56,536 bases of DNA from an uncultured Clostridia bacterium (GTDB lineage Bacteria; Bacillota; Clostridia; TANB77; CAG-508). The number at the start of each line of letters is the position of its first letter. Position 1 is the first letter of the stretch. The position numbers and the translations under genes are program-made. The stretch spans positions 1 to 56,536 of the forward strand of contig CALYAH010000091.1 of the NCBI GenBank assembly GCA_944393455.1. Reading direction: 5' to 3'. Shown piece by piece: positions 1 through 8,646 of the stretch. The notes under the pieces were generated by a model that was not told where the DNA came from, searched no databases, and worked only from the letters and a program-made list of their open reading frames with translations.

Positions 1-83
1 AAATGCACATATTGTGATATTATATCAACTATATCATTCGTTTGTCTTACTTCTTCTATAATTTCATCACTATATCTTGGCAT
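1..83 (-). CDS. dnaG: DNA primase N-terminus (partial, continues off the left edge)
   Basis: ATG at 81-83 with an upstream AAGGA RBS. Reverse translation MPRYSDEIIEEVRQTNDIVDIISQYVH resembles the start of bacterial DnaG. Only 27 codons are visible. Confidence 0.4.
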   Translation of the reverse strand, partial: MPRYSDEIIEEVRQTNDIVDIISQYVH

Positions 84-240
84 TTTTTCCTTACTTTCTT
101 TCAAATTATTTCAAATAAATTTACATACTTATATTATTCTACGTATTTTACATAAATCCTTCCTTTTCTTGGAATTTTTTGAGGTTAATATCTTTTTGTA
201 TAAATTTTTAGCATCCTTTTTACAAAACTCGACAAAAAAA

Positions 241-272
241 TGAGACAGATTTGCTCTGTCCCACCTGTCTCA
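241..272. repeat. Family-2 palindromic repeat TGAGACAG-N16-CTGTCTCA (copy 1), terminator-like on the minus strand
   Basis: tgagacagatttgctctgtcccacctgtctca. Its reverse complement is followed by a T7 run. It matches 36129-36160 in opposite orientation with 1 mismatch, and the shared flank TTTTTTTGTCGA extends the match to about 45 bp. Its terminal TGA is the stop codon of the 270-932 gene. Confidence 0.75.
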
Positions 273-932
273 CTCATTTAGCAACATCATTCTATTATCT
301 ATTTTATTTATCATTTTAGCACATGTAATCCACTCTTTTGATGTTTTTTTATTTGGTTTTTCTTCTGGCTTATATTTCATTTTGTGTTCTAAACTTGACC
401 AAAAATCCATTGCCATAGTCCTAATTTGAACTTCTACTTTTACATAGATTACTTTTTGTGACAACATAACCGGAACTCCTAATATTATGTGATATGCTGA
501 ATATCCACTTTCTTTAGGATTTGTTACATAATCTTTTTCTTTTATTGTTTCTATTCCTGGTAAATTTTGTAGTAAATTCCTAATAGAAAATATATCTTTT
601 TTAAGTGGACAAATTACTCTTATACCTGCTATATCATTAATATTTTCTATCATTCCTTTATAAGTTAATTTGCATTCTTTTTTCTTCATTTTTTGAATAA
701 TACTTTCTGGTTTTTTTATTCTGTTATTGGTATGATCAATTAAATCATAATCATAAAATACTTTAAATTCTTTTTGCATAATTTCTATTTTTGTATTTAA
801 TTCTTTTATTGCCATTTCGTAAATAAACATTAGTTTTTGAAATGTATTATCTTCCACTTCAATTTTTTTATTATAATCTAAAAAGTTCTTCAGGTCTATC
901 AATTCCGTACTTTCTTGTTTCTTTATTTTCAT
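270..932 (-). CDS. Small alarmone synthetase (RelA/SpoT-domain GTP pyrophosphokinase, RelQ/RelP/YwaC-like)
   Basis: Synthetase-domain motifs DIAGIRVICPL, SGYSAYHII and VEVQIRTMAMDFWSSLEHK. Size is about 220 aa. ATG at 932 has a GGAG RBS and is preferred over the track start at 938. Confidence 0.85.
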   Translation of the reverse strand: MKIKKQESTELIDLKNFLDYNKKIEVEDNTFQKLMFIYEMAIKELNTKIEIMQKEFKVFYDYDLIDHTNNRIKKPESIIQKMKKKECKLTYKGMIENINDIAGIRVICPLKKDIFSIRNLLQNLPGIETIKEKDYVTNPKESGYSAYHIILGVPVMLSQKVIYVKVEVQIRTMAMDFWSSLEHKMKYKPEEKPNKKTSKEWITCAKMINKIDNRMMLLNE

Positions 933-1055
933 ACACATTCACTCCTTTTTATGTATGATTATTTTTTATATATCGGTATTGTATCCGTCAATTATATCTA
1001 ATTGGTATTTTATTTGTGTTTTTTTGGTGAATTTTTTTAAGATGTTTTTTGAGAC

Positions 1056-1200
1056 GTTTTTTGGTGTTTTTTGGGACGGAGTAAAAAAACATCTTTTATT
1101 TTTATACCCAAATAAAAAACGGGACGTATTACTTACATCCCTAAACTTTATTTTATATTTTTGATGTTTTTTTACTCCGTCCCAAAAAACACCAAAAAAC
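1056..1200. repeat. Family-1 palindromic element (MITE/REP-like): perfect 38-bp inverted arms around a 69-bp centre
   Basis: Left arm 1056-1093 gttttttggtgttttttgggacggagtaaaaaaacatc is the exact reverse complement of right arm 1163-1200. The same arm sequence recurs at 14361-14488, 38892-38941 and 40791-40840. Confidence 0.85.
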
Positions 1201-1207
1201 AAAATTT

Positions 1208-2489
1208 TTATTTAAATTTTTCAATTAAATCTTTCACAGTCAATACTGTTTTTTCACCCGTTTTTGTTTCTTCAAGTTCTAGGTTTTCTCCTTCTGTTTT
1301 ATCTCCTAAAACAACTAAGTAAGGTGTACCTAAAACTTTACAATCTTTAATTTTAGCACCAATATTTATATTTTCTCTATCATCTAAGATAGCTCCTATA
1401 CCTTCTTTTTGTAGAGTTTCATATAATTCATTAGCCATTTTTACCTTTTCTTCATTATCCATTTTAGGTACAATTTGAACTTTATATGGTGCAATTGTTT
1501 CTGGTATAGCAAATCCACATGGTCCCCATTTAGGATCATTTAATAAACATTGCTCGTATAAAGCTGCTACTGTTCTACTTACACCAATTCCATAACATCC
1601 CATATAATATAAAGATTCTTTTCCTTCTTTGTCTGTATATTTTCCATTCATCATTTCAGAATATCTTGTTCCTAATTGAAAAATGTGACCTAGTTCCATT
1701 GTCCTAATTTCTTTAAAATTTGAAATATCTTCTATACCATATTCTTCTTTTAAGTATTCTTGATAATTTTCTTTTTCTAATATTTCTGTATTTAAACCAA
1801 TTCCTGTTCCTTCATCATAAAGTATTTTGTCTTCCCCTTGGTTAGATATTAGCATAAACTCTTCTGATTTTTTTCCTCCCATTGCACCATTATCGGCAAC
1901 AATTGGAATTACTTTCATACCAATTCTTTCAAATATCTCTAAAAATGCTTTTCTTACATTTTCATAAGATTTTGCCATTCCCTCTTCGTCTGCATCAAAA
2001 CTATAAGCATCTAACATTGGAAATGCTTTTCCTCTTAGTAAATACCCTCTTGTTCTTATTTCATTTCTATATTTTTCTCCGATTTGATAATATGTTACTG
2101 GTAAATTTTTATAAGATTTTAATTTTTCTCTAGCAAATTCTAGCATTGCTTCTTCTCCTGTTGGAGCTAAACAAAATGTTCCTTTATTTGATTCTGTAAT
2201 TAACATTGTACCATCATTTACATACCCATCATATCTTCCTGAATTTTTCCAAATTGTATCTGGTTGCAAAGTTGGAAGTAATACTTCAATACAACCATAG
2301 TTATTTAATGTTTCTACTATAATTTGTTCTACTTTTCTTCTAACCAATAATGGTATTGTGTTATAACCAAATAATCCAGCTCCATATTGCACTAGTTGTC
2401 CTGTTTGTAATAAGATACTTTGTCCTGGATACATTTCATCTATATTGTTTAATTTTATAGTTCCCATTCCAGTTCCGTGATAATTTCAT
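1208..2489 (-). CDS. proS: Class IIa aminoacyl-tRNA ligase, ProRS-like short form (no large editing insertion)
   Basis: Motifs FCLAPTGEE, YQIGEKYRNEIRTRGYLLRGKAFPMLDAYSF, GCYGIGVSR, and a C-terminal anticodon-binding-type fold (YKVQIVP...GTPYLVVLG). The track start is 2467. A better RBS (AAGAGGGA) serves ATG 2487-2489, but that start needs the C at 2477 (in-frame CGG) to be skipped. Confidence 0.75.
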
Positions 2490-2503
2490 TTAAATCCCTC
2501 TTT

Positions 2504-3145
2504 CTATTCAATTTTCTCTTTTTCTATATCAGCTATCTGATTATCTGTATTCTCTTCCCCTATGGGGTTAGGAGCCTCCATTTTGTCTTCTTCTATTAAA
2601 TCATCTATTACAATTTGCTTATTCTCGTCTAATTTGTAACGTGGTAATTCTGGCAATTCTTCTAATGAAGAATATCCAAACATTCTTAAAAATTCATTTG
2701 TTGTTTTATATGACATTGGTTTTCCAGGTAGATCTGTTTTTCCTGCTTCTTCTATTAATCCATATTCTAATAATTTATATACACAAGCATCTGCTGAAAC
2801 TCCTCTAATTGATTCTATCTCAGCTCTTGTTATTCTAGGATTATAAGCAATAATTGACAAAGTTTCTAATGCTGCACCTGATAAATTTGGTTTATTTCTT
2901 TTATCTAATATAGGATATACATATTCATACAAATCTTTTTTTGTGCATAATTGATAAGAGTCGTTGACCTCTATTAATTCAATTCCTCTATTTTCATTTC
3001 TATATTCTTCTTGCATATTTTTTACAATACTATCGATATCTTCTGGTGTCATTTCAAGTGCTAGTACAAATTCATTTTTATTAACTGGTCTTCCTGCTGC
3101 AAAAAGTATTGCTTCTATAATTCCTTTTTTTTGATTAATTTCCAT
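2504..3145 (-). CDS. scpB: Segregation and condensation protein B
   Basis: ScpB-type sequence IIEAILFAAGRPV ... LSGAALETLSIIAYNPRITRAEIESIRGV. The internal ATG at 3145 (MEINQKKG) with a GAAGGAAG RBS is preferred to the track start at 3211. Confidence 0.85.
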   Translation of the reverse strand: MEINQKKGIIEAILFAAGRPVNKNEFVLALEMTPEDIDSIVKNMQEEYRNENRGIELIEVNDSYQLCTKKDLYEYVYPILDKRNKPNLSGAALETLSIIAYNPRITRAEIESIRGVSADACVYKLLEYGLIEEAGKTDLPGKPMSYKTTNEFLRMFGYSSLEELPELPRYKLDENKQIVIDDLIEEDKMEAPNPIGEENTDNQIADIEKEKIE

Positions 3146-3287
3146 TATTTCTTCCTTCTTAAAAATTTTATTTAGCGTATATATTATGTCACGAAATAGT
3201 ACATATGTCAATATTTTTTTGATTTTCTTGCACTTTCTATGTTTATATGGTAATATAATAAAAAATTAATTTTTGGGGGTAATTTTT

Positions 3288-3479
3288 ATGGAAGAAAAAA
3301 AGAATTTAGAAGTAGTTACTGGTGACGGTTCTAATTTGGATATTTCTCCTGTTTATGACCATTTAAATGTTCCTACACCTAAATCAGCTAACAAAAAACC
3401 TAAAAATGTTGTTATTCCAGAAGAATCTCATAAAAAAGATAAATGGTCAAGAAAGAAAAACGATGAAAAATCAAAATAA
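3288..3479 (+). CDS. Small basic hypothetical protein
   Basis: ORF with a GGGGG RBS before ATG 3288, followed directly by a strong terminator. No recognisable domain. Confidence 0.35.
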   Translation: MEEKKNLEVVTGDGSNLDISPVYDHLNVPTPKSANKKPKNVVIPEESHKKDKWSRKKNDEKSK

Positions 3480-3481
3480 AA

Positions 3482-3533
3482 AAGTAACTCAAATTATTAA
3501 ACAAGAAATTTGATAATTTGAGTTACTTTTTTC
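3482..3533 (+). terminator. Rho-independent terminator
   Basis: Perfect 16-bp stem aagtaactcaaattat / ataatttgagttactt followed by a T run. Confidence 0.8.
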
Positions 3534-3752
3534 ATAAACCTCTAAACTTCTCCTTATTCATACTCATATTCTTGAAATTTTTGTAAATTAGCCAATTTTA
3601 TGTTATAATTATATTAGTTACATAATTATTTATTACTAGAATATCTAAAGAAGTACGCACGAAAAAGTGCAGGAAAATTTAGATATATTATTATAGTAAT
3701 AAAATACAAAAGAAAAAAGAAGTGTCCTAGAAAGGCACCAGGAGGAAATTTT

Positions 3753-4067
3753 ATGAAGACACTAGGAATCTGGGCATCAATATGGGCTATTGGTAGCATG
3801 ATAGCAAATCTATTGCTATCACTTATGTTCGGCATCGATATTTCATTACTAGTAATTGCTCTAATATCAATTATATTATTTATTTATATCGACAATCAAA
3901 CTAGTAATTATGTTGCTGCAATAATAATATTGTCTCTAATTATTGCATTTGCAATTGGATTTTTTTTCCGCACAGATATGGAGATGGTATTTGCAAAGAC
4001 TATTCTTATAATATCAATAGCAATATTGGTATTTGGCTTTGTTACCAATGATGATGAACTATACTAG
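3753..4067 (+). CDS. Small integral membrane protein (hypothetical)
   Basis: 104 aa with about 3 hydrophobic helices. AGGAGG RBS upstream of ATG 3753. Confidence 0.5.
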   Translation: MKTLGIWASIWAIGSMIANLLLSLMFGIDISLLVIALISIILFIYIDNQTSNYVAAIIILSLIIAFAIGFFFRTDMEMVFAKTILIISIAILVFGFVTNDDELY

Positions 4068-4129
4068 ATATTTTCTGGTATAGTTCTTTTTTGGTTGTAA
4101 AAAATTTCACATGTCATATTAAATAAGTT

Positions 4130-4302
4130 GTTACTGCTCAGCCTTGATTTATATTTATATTAGTTTGAAACACCTTGTGTGTCGCAACCTATTATTATAA
4201 AATAAAATGTAGGTTGCTCCAATCGCACTCGCTTTTAGCTCGTTTGGTCGCTTACGCGGTGTTTTTAACTAATATAAATATAAATCAAGGCTGAGCAGTA
4301 AC
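4130..4302. mobile_element. MITE-like 173-bp palindromic element with perfect 36-bp terminal inverted repeats
   Basis: 4130-4165 gttactgctcagccttgatttatatttatattagtt is the exact reverse complement of 4267-4302. There is an inner hairpin gcaaccta/taggttgc and a GC-richer core. Possible ATAA duplication on both flanks. No ORF. Confidence 0.65.
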
Positions 4303-4406
4303 ATAACTTTAACTCTCCAGTCAGCTTCTACAAATTTTGCTTGACATTCCTTACTTTTAGGCATATACTAAACTCGTAAAAATATAAAAAAGGAGGCTAA
4401 TTTAAC

Positions 4407-4985
4407 ATGGATAACTTAATTGAAATTAGATGGCATGGTAGAGGCGGTCAAGGTGCCAAAACAGCTTCACTTTTACTTGCTGATGCTGCTTTCAACACAG
4501 GAAAATATATTCAAGGTTTTCCAGAATATGGTCCTGAAAGAATGGGGGCTCCTATTACTGCTTATAACAGAATTAGTAGCATGCCTATTACAATTCACAG
4601 TAACATTTATGAGCCTGATTATGTGGTAGTCGTTGATGACACACTTTTAGAATCAGTAGATGTAACAAGTGGCCTAAAAGAAACAGGAGCTATTGTAATT
4701 AATACAACAAAATCAGAAGATTATTTGAAAAAAGTTTTAAAAGGATACAAAGGTGATATTTACACTATTGACGCTAGAAAGATATCAGAAGAAACTCTTG
4801 GAAGATATTTTCCAAATACTCCAATGCTTGCAGCAATTGTAAAAGTAAGTGGAATTATGAGTGACGAAGCTCTATTGGAAGATATGAAAGGTTCTTTTAA
4901 ACATAAATTTGCAAAAAAACCAGAAGTAATTGATGGTAATATGAAAGCTTTAGAAATGGCATTAAAGGAGGTAAAGAAGATATGA
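4407..4985 (+). CDS. porC: 2-oxoacid (pyruvate-type):ferredoxin oxidoreductase gamma subunit
   Basis: N-terminus IRWHGRGGQGAKTAS is typical of POR/VOR gamma subunits. First gene of a gamma-delta-alpha-beta operon, with overlapping stop/start into the next gene. Confidence 0.85.
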   Translation: MDNLIEIRWHGRGGQGAKTASLLLADAAFNTGKYIQGFPEYGPERMGAPITAYNRISSMPITIHSNIYEPDYVVVVDDTLLESVDVTSGLKETGAIVINTTKSEDYLKKVLKGYKGDIYTIDARKISEETLGRYFPNTPMLAAIVKVSGIMSDEALLEDMKGSFKHKFAKKPEVIDGNMKALEMALKEVKKI

Positions 4986-5272
4986 CAAATATAAATCCTA
5001 ACACCCCTATGGAAAAAATGACTCCTGGTGGTGATATTTATAACTCTGGTAATGCTAGAGAATTTAAAACTGGTGACTGGAGAAGTATAAAACCTGTTTT
5101 CTTAAGTGAAAAATGTAAGCAATGTGGACTTTGCTTCCCTGTTTGTCCAGATGATGCTATTCCAGTTAACAAAGATTTGAAAAGAGAAGATTTTAATTAT
5201 GATTATTGTAAAGGATGTGGCGTATGTGCTAAAACTTGCCCATTTGGAGCAATTGAAATGAAAGAAGAATAG
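4982..5272 (+). CDS. porD: 2-oxoacid:ferredoxin oxidoreductase delta subunit (2x[4Fe-4S])
   Basis: Two CxxCxxCxxxCP motifs (CKQCGLCFPVCP, CKGCGVCAKTCP). About 96 aa. Confidence 0.85.
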   Translation: MTNINPNTPMEKMTPGGDIYNSGNAREFKTGDWRSIKPVFLSEKCKQCGLCFPVCPDDAIPVNKDLKREDFNYDYCKGCGVCAKTCPFGAIEMKEE

Positions 5273-5287
5273 AAAGGAAGGAAAATT

Positions 5288-6478
5288 ATGAGTATAAGAG
5301 AAAGATTAAGTGGTAATGAAGCTGCAGCAACTGCTATGAAACAAATTAATCCAGATGTAGTAGCAGCATTCCCTATTACCCCATCAACTGAAATTCCACA
5401 ATACTTTTCAACATTCGTAGCAAATGGAACTGTTGATACTGAATTTGTTGCTGTTGAAAGTGAACATAGTGCTATGTCTGCTTGTATTGGTGCAGAATCA
5501 GCTGGAGCAAGAGCAATGACAGCTACTTCTGCTAATGGACTATCATTAATGTGGGAAATGATTTACATCGCTTCTAGTTTGCGTTTACCTATAGTATTAT
5601 CTTTAGTAAACAGAGCTGTTTCTGGACCATTAAACATCCATAATGATCATTCTGATGCTATGGGTGTAAGAGATGCTGGTTGGATTATGCTATTTTCTGA
5701 AAACAATCAAGAAGCATATGACAATACTTTAATGGCACACAGAATTGCTGAGCATGAAAGTGTTAGACTTCCATTAATGGTATGTCAAGATGGTTTTATA
5801 ACTTCACATTCTATTGAAAACATAGAATTAGAAGAGGATGAAAAAGTAAAAGAATTTGTAGGAGAATATCATCCTGAACATTATTTATTAAATCAAAAAG
5901 AGCCAATTGCAGTTGGTCCTTTAGATGTTCAATCTTATTTATTTGAACATAAGGCACAACAAGCAGAAGCTATGAAAAATGCTAAAAAAGTCATTTTAGA
6001 AGTAGCAAAAGACTTTGAAAAAATGACTGGAAGAAAATATGGATTTTTCGAAGAATATAAGTTAGAAGATGCCGAAGTTGCAGTTGTTTGTATGAATTCA
6101 ACAGCAGGAACTACAAAACATGTAGTAGATGAATTAAGATCTAAAGGAATAAAAGCTGGTCTTCTAAAACTTCGTGTTTTTAGACCTTTCCCAGTAGAAG
6201 AAATAGCTGAAGCTCTAAGTCATCTAAAAGCTATTGCTATTCTTGACAAAGCAGATTCTTTAAATGCTGCTGGTGGTGCTTTATTTGAAGATGTAACATC
6301 TGCTATGTACGTATGTAATAAACATGTACCTGCTGTAAACTATGTTTATGGAATTGGTGGTAGAGACACTAAAGCAGATGATATTGAAAAAGTTTATGAA
6401 GATTTACTAGAAATATCAAAATCAGGAAAAGTTGAAAATCCATTTAGATATTTCGGATTAAGAAAGGAGGCTAAATAA
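5288..6478 (+). CDS. porA: 2-oxoacid:ferredoxin oxidoreductase alpha subunit
   Basis: 396 aa. N-terminus GNEAAATAMKQINPDVVAAFPITPSTE and overall layout are typical of PorA/VorA. Confidence 0.85.
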   Translation: MSIRERLSGNEAAATAMKQINPDVVAAFPITPSTEIPQYFSTFVANGTVDTEFVAVESEHSAMSACIGAESAGARAMTATSANGLSLMWEMIYIASSLRLPIVLSLVNRAVSGPLNIHNDHSDAMGVRDAGWIMLFSENNQEAYDNTLMAHRIAEHESVRLPLMVCQDGFITSHSIENIELEEDEKVKEFVGEYHPEHYLLNQKEPIAVGPLDVQSYLFEHKAQQAEAMKNAKKVILEVAKDFEKMTGRKYGFFEEYKLEDAEVAVVCMNSTAGTTKHVVDELRSKGIKAGLLKLRVFRPFPVEEIAEALSHLKAIAILDKADSLNAAGGALFEDVTSAMYVCNKHVPAVNYVYGIGGRDTKADDIEKVYEDLLEISKSGKVENPFRYFGLRKEAK

Positions 6479-6479
6479 T

Positions 6480-7430
6480 ATGCCTTATAATGTAAAAGAA
6501 GTAGTAGCTAATAAACCTTCTAGATTCACATCAGGTCATAGAATGTGTGCTGGTTGTGGTGCTCCTCCAGCTGCTAGAATGATTATGAGAGCTTTAAAAC
6601 CAGAAGACCATGCTGTTGTAGCTGGTGCTACTGGATGTATGGAGGTTTCTACATTTATTTACCCTTATACTGCTTGGACAGATTCTTTTATTCATACAGC
6701 ATTTGAATGCGCTGCTGCGACCCTATCTGGAGCAGAAGCTGCATATCAATCTATGAAAAAACAAGGAAAAATTGATAATACAACTAAATTTATTGCTTTT
6801 GGTGGAGACGGTGGAACTTATGATATTGGTATCCAAAGTTTATCAGGAGCTATGGAACGTGGACATGACATGGTATATGTTTGTTATGACAATGGTGCCT
6901 ATATGAATACAGGTATACAACGTTCTTCTGCAACACCAAAATTTGCGGATACAACTACTTCTCCAGCTGGAACTAAAATTCCAGGAAAAATGCAATCTAG
7001 AAAAGACTTGACAAAAATAATGGTAGGCCACCATTTACCATATGTTGCTCAAACAGTTGGTTATATGAACTTTAAAGATATGTATGAAAAAGCTGAAAAG
7101 GCTATTTATACAGAAGGTCCAACATTCTTAAATGTTATGGCTCCATGCCCAAGAGGATGGGGTTACCCAACAGATATGCTAATGCAAATTAATAAATTAG
7201 CTGTTGAAACATGTTATTGGCCTTTATATGAAGTAATAGATGGAAAATATAAAATTAATTATAAGCCTGCTAAAAAATTACCAATTGAAGAATTTTTAAG
7301 ACCACAAAAAAGATTTAAACATATGTTTAAACCTGGTAATGAATGGATGATTGAAGAATTCCAAAAAGAAGTAGATAAGAGATGGCAAGAATTATTAGAT
7401 TTAGAAGAAATTACAAATAGAGCCGAATAA
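6480..7430 (+). CDS. porB: 2-oxoacid:ferredoxin oxidoreductase beta subunit (TPP-binding)
   Basis: CAGCG cysteine motif and TPP-binding GGDGGTYDIG...YDNGAYMNTG. Confidence 0.85.
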   Translation: MPYNVKEVVANKPSRFTSGHRMCAGCGAPPAARMIMRALKPEDHAVVAGATGCMEVSTFIYPYTAWTDSFIHTAFECAAATLSGAEAAYQSMKKQGKIDNTTKFIAFGGDGGTYDIGIQSLSGAMERGHDMVYVCYDNGAYMNTGIQRSSATPKFADTTTSPAGTKIPGKMQSRKDLTKIMVGHHLPYVAQTVGYMNFKDMYEKAEKAIYTEGPTFLNVMAPCPRGWGYPTDMLMQINKLAVETCYWPLYEVIDGKYKINYKPAKKLPIEEFLRPQKRFKHMFKPGNEWMIEEFQKEVDKRWQELLDLEEITNRAE

Positions 7431-7434
7431 AATA

Positions 7435-7481
7435 AAAAGAAAAGTTACATTTGATTTAAAATCATTTGTAACTTTTCTTTT
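7435..7481. terminator. Bidirectional hairpin terminator between the por operon and the ferredoxin gene
   Basis: 15-bp stem aaaagaaaagttaca / tgtaacttttctttt flanked by A and T runs. Confidence 0.65.
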
Positions 7482-7528
7482 CTCATTTAATTTAAAAAAT
7501 AATTTATTAAAATTGATGCTATTATCTA

Positions 7529-7699
7529 TTAAGCCTCTTCTGGTGCTTCAACTGGGCAAACTCCTGCACAAGTACCACATGAAATACAAGCTGACTCATC
7601 AATTACAAATTTGTCATCTCCTTGTGATATGCATCCTACTGGACATTCAGCAGCACATGCACCACAAGAGATACATTTATCTGTTATTTTATATGCCAT
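7529..7699 (-). CDS. fdx: Clostridial-type 2x[4Fe-4S] ferredoxin (56 aa, below the ORF-track cutoff)
   Basis: Hand translation: MAYKITDKCISCGACAAECPVGCISQGDDKFVIDESACISCGTCAGVCPVEAPEEA. Two CxxCxxCxxxCP motifs. AGGAGG RBS 6 nt upstream. Confidence 0.8.
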   Translation of the reverse strand: MAYKITDKCISCGACAAECPVGCISQGDDKFVIDESACISCGTCAGVCPVEAPEEA

Positions 7700-7737
7700 T
7701 TGTCTCACCTCCTAAAAATTCTACTGTTATATCTATT

Positions 7738-8646
7738 TTATTCTCTACTTTCTTTATCTTCTTGTTCTAATTTTTCTAATTCTTCTAATTCTTTTTTATG
7801 CTCTAATTCTTCTTCGTCTATTATTTCTTTAGCTGCATCTTTTATAATTTCTATATCTTTCAGATTATATTTTCTAGAAAAATATCCATCTCCATCTTTT
7901 ACTTTTACTTTAACAACTTCTTTTAAAGTTTCGATGTTTTCAACTTCGCCTTCTCCATCTTCTGTTTTTACAATTGCACCTATATTAGGAAGTCTTTTTA
8001 ATTTATCTTCATAAACTTCACTTTCATATTTTAAACAACACATCAATCTTCCACAATTTCCAGAAATTTTAGAAGGATTTAAAGATATATTTTGTTCTTT
8101 TGCCATCTTTATTGATACTGCTTCAAAATCACTTAAAAAAGTACAACAACAAAGTTCTCTTCCGCAAACTCCATTTCCACCAATTCTTTTTACTTCGTCT
8201 CTTACTCCTATTTGACGTAACTCAATTCTAGTTTTATAAATTGCCGCTAAATCTTTTACTAACTCTCTAAAGTCAATTCTTCCATCTGCTGTAAAATAAA
8301 ATAATATTTTGCTATTATCAAACTTATATTCAACATCTGTTAATGTCATATCTAATTTATGCTCTTTTATTTTCTTTTCACATACTTTAAAAGCTTCTTT
8401 TTCTTTTTTTCTACATTCTTCATAATGTTTATGATCTTTATAATTTGCAATTCTTACTACTTTTTTTAATGGTGCTATGATTTTTTCATCTTCTACAAAT
8501 CTATTTGGAATCATAACTTCCCCATATTCTTCTCCTTGAGCTGTTTCTACTATAACTTTATCGCCTTTTTTTACTTTCAAATTTTTCGGATTAAAAAAAT
8601 ATATTTTACCTAATTTTTTAAATCTAACTCCTATAATATTTTTCAA
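7738..8646 (-). CDS. ricT: PSP1-domain protein RicT/YaaT (stage 0 sporulation protein)
   Basis: PSP1 domain with the cysteine cluster CGRELCCCTF...GNCGRLMCCLKYE. Conserved position downstream of holB. The start is ambiguous: TTG 8646 after GGGAGG, or ATG 8661. Confidence 0.85.
   Translation of the reverse strand: MKNIIGVRFKKLGKIYFFNPKNLKVKKGDKVIVETAQGEEYGEVMIPNRFVEDEKIIAPLKKVVRIANYKDHKHYEECRKKEKEAFKVCEKKIKEHKLDMTLTDVEYKFDNSKILFYFTADGRIDFRELVKDLAAIYKTRIELRQIGVRDEVKRIGGNGVCGRELCCCTFLSDFEAVSIKMAKEQNISLNPSKISGNCGRLMCCLKYESEVYEDKLKRLPNIGAIVKTEDGEGEVENIETLKEVVKVKVKDGDGYFSRKYNLKDIEIIKDAAKEIIDEEELEHKKELEELEKLEQEDKESRE

Noticed and set aside
955-1202. Track ORFs 955-1164 (+) and 966-1202 (-) encoding FFGVFWDGVKKH / FFTPSQKT-like peptides
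   Set aside because: They lie entirely within the family-1 palindromic repeat. The same peptide strings appear as false N-terminal extensions of murG and the TSCPD gene wherever the repeat occurs. No RBS and no coding-like composition.
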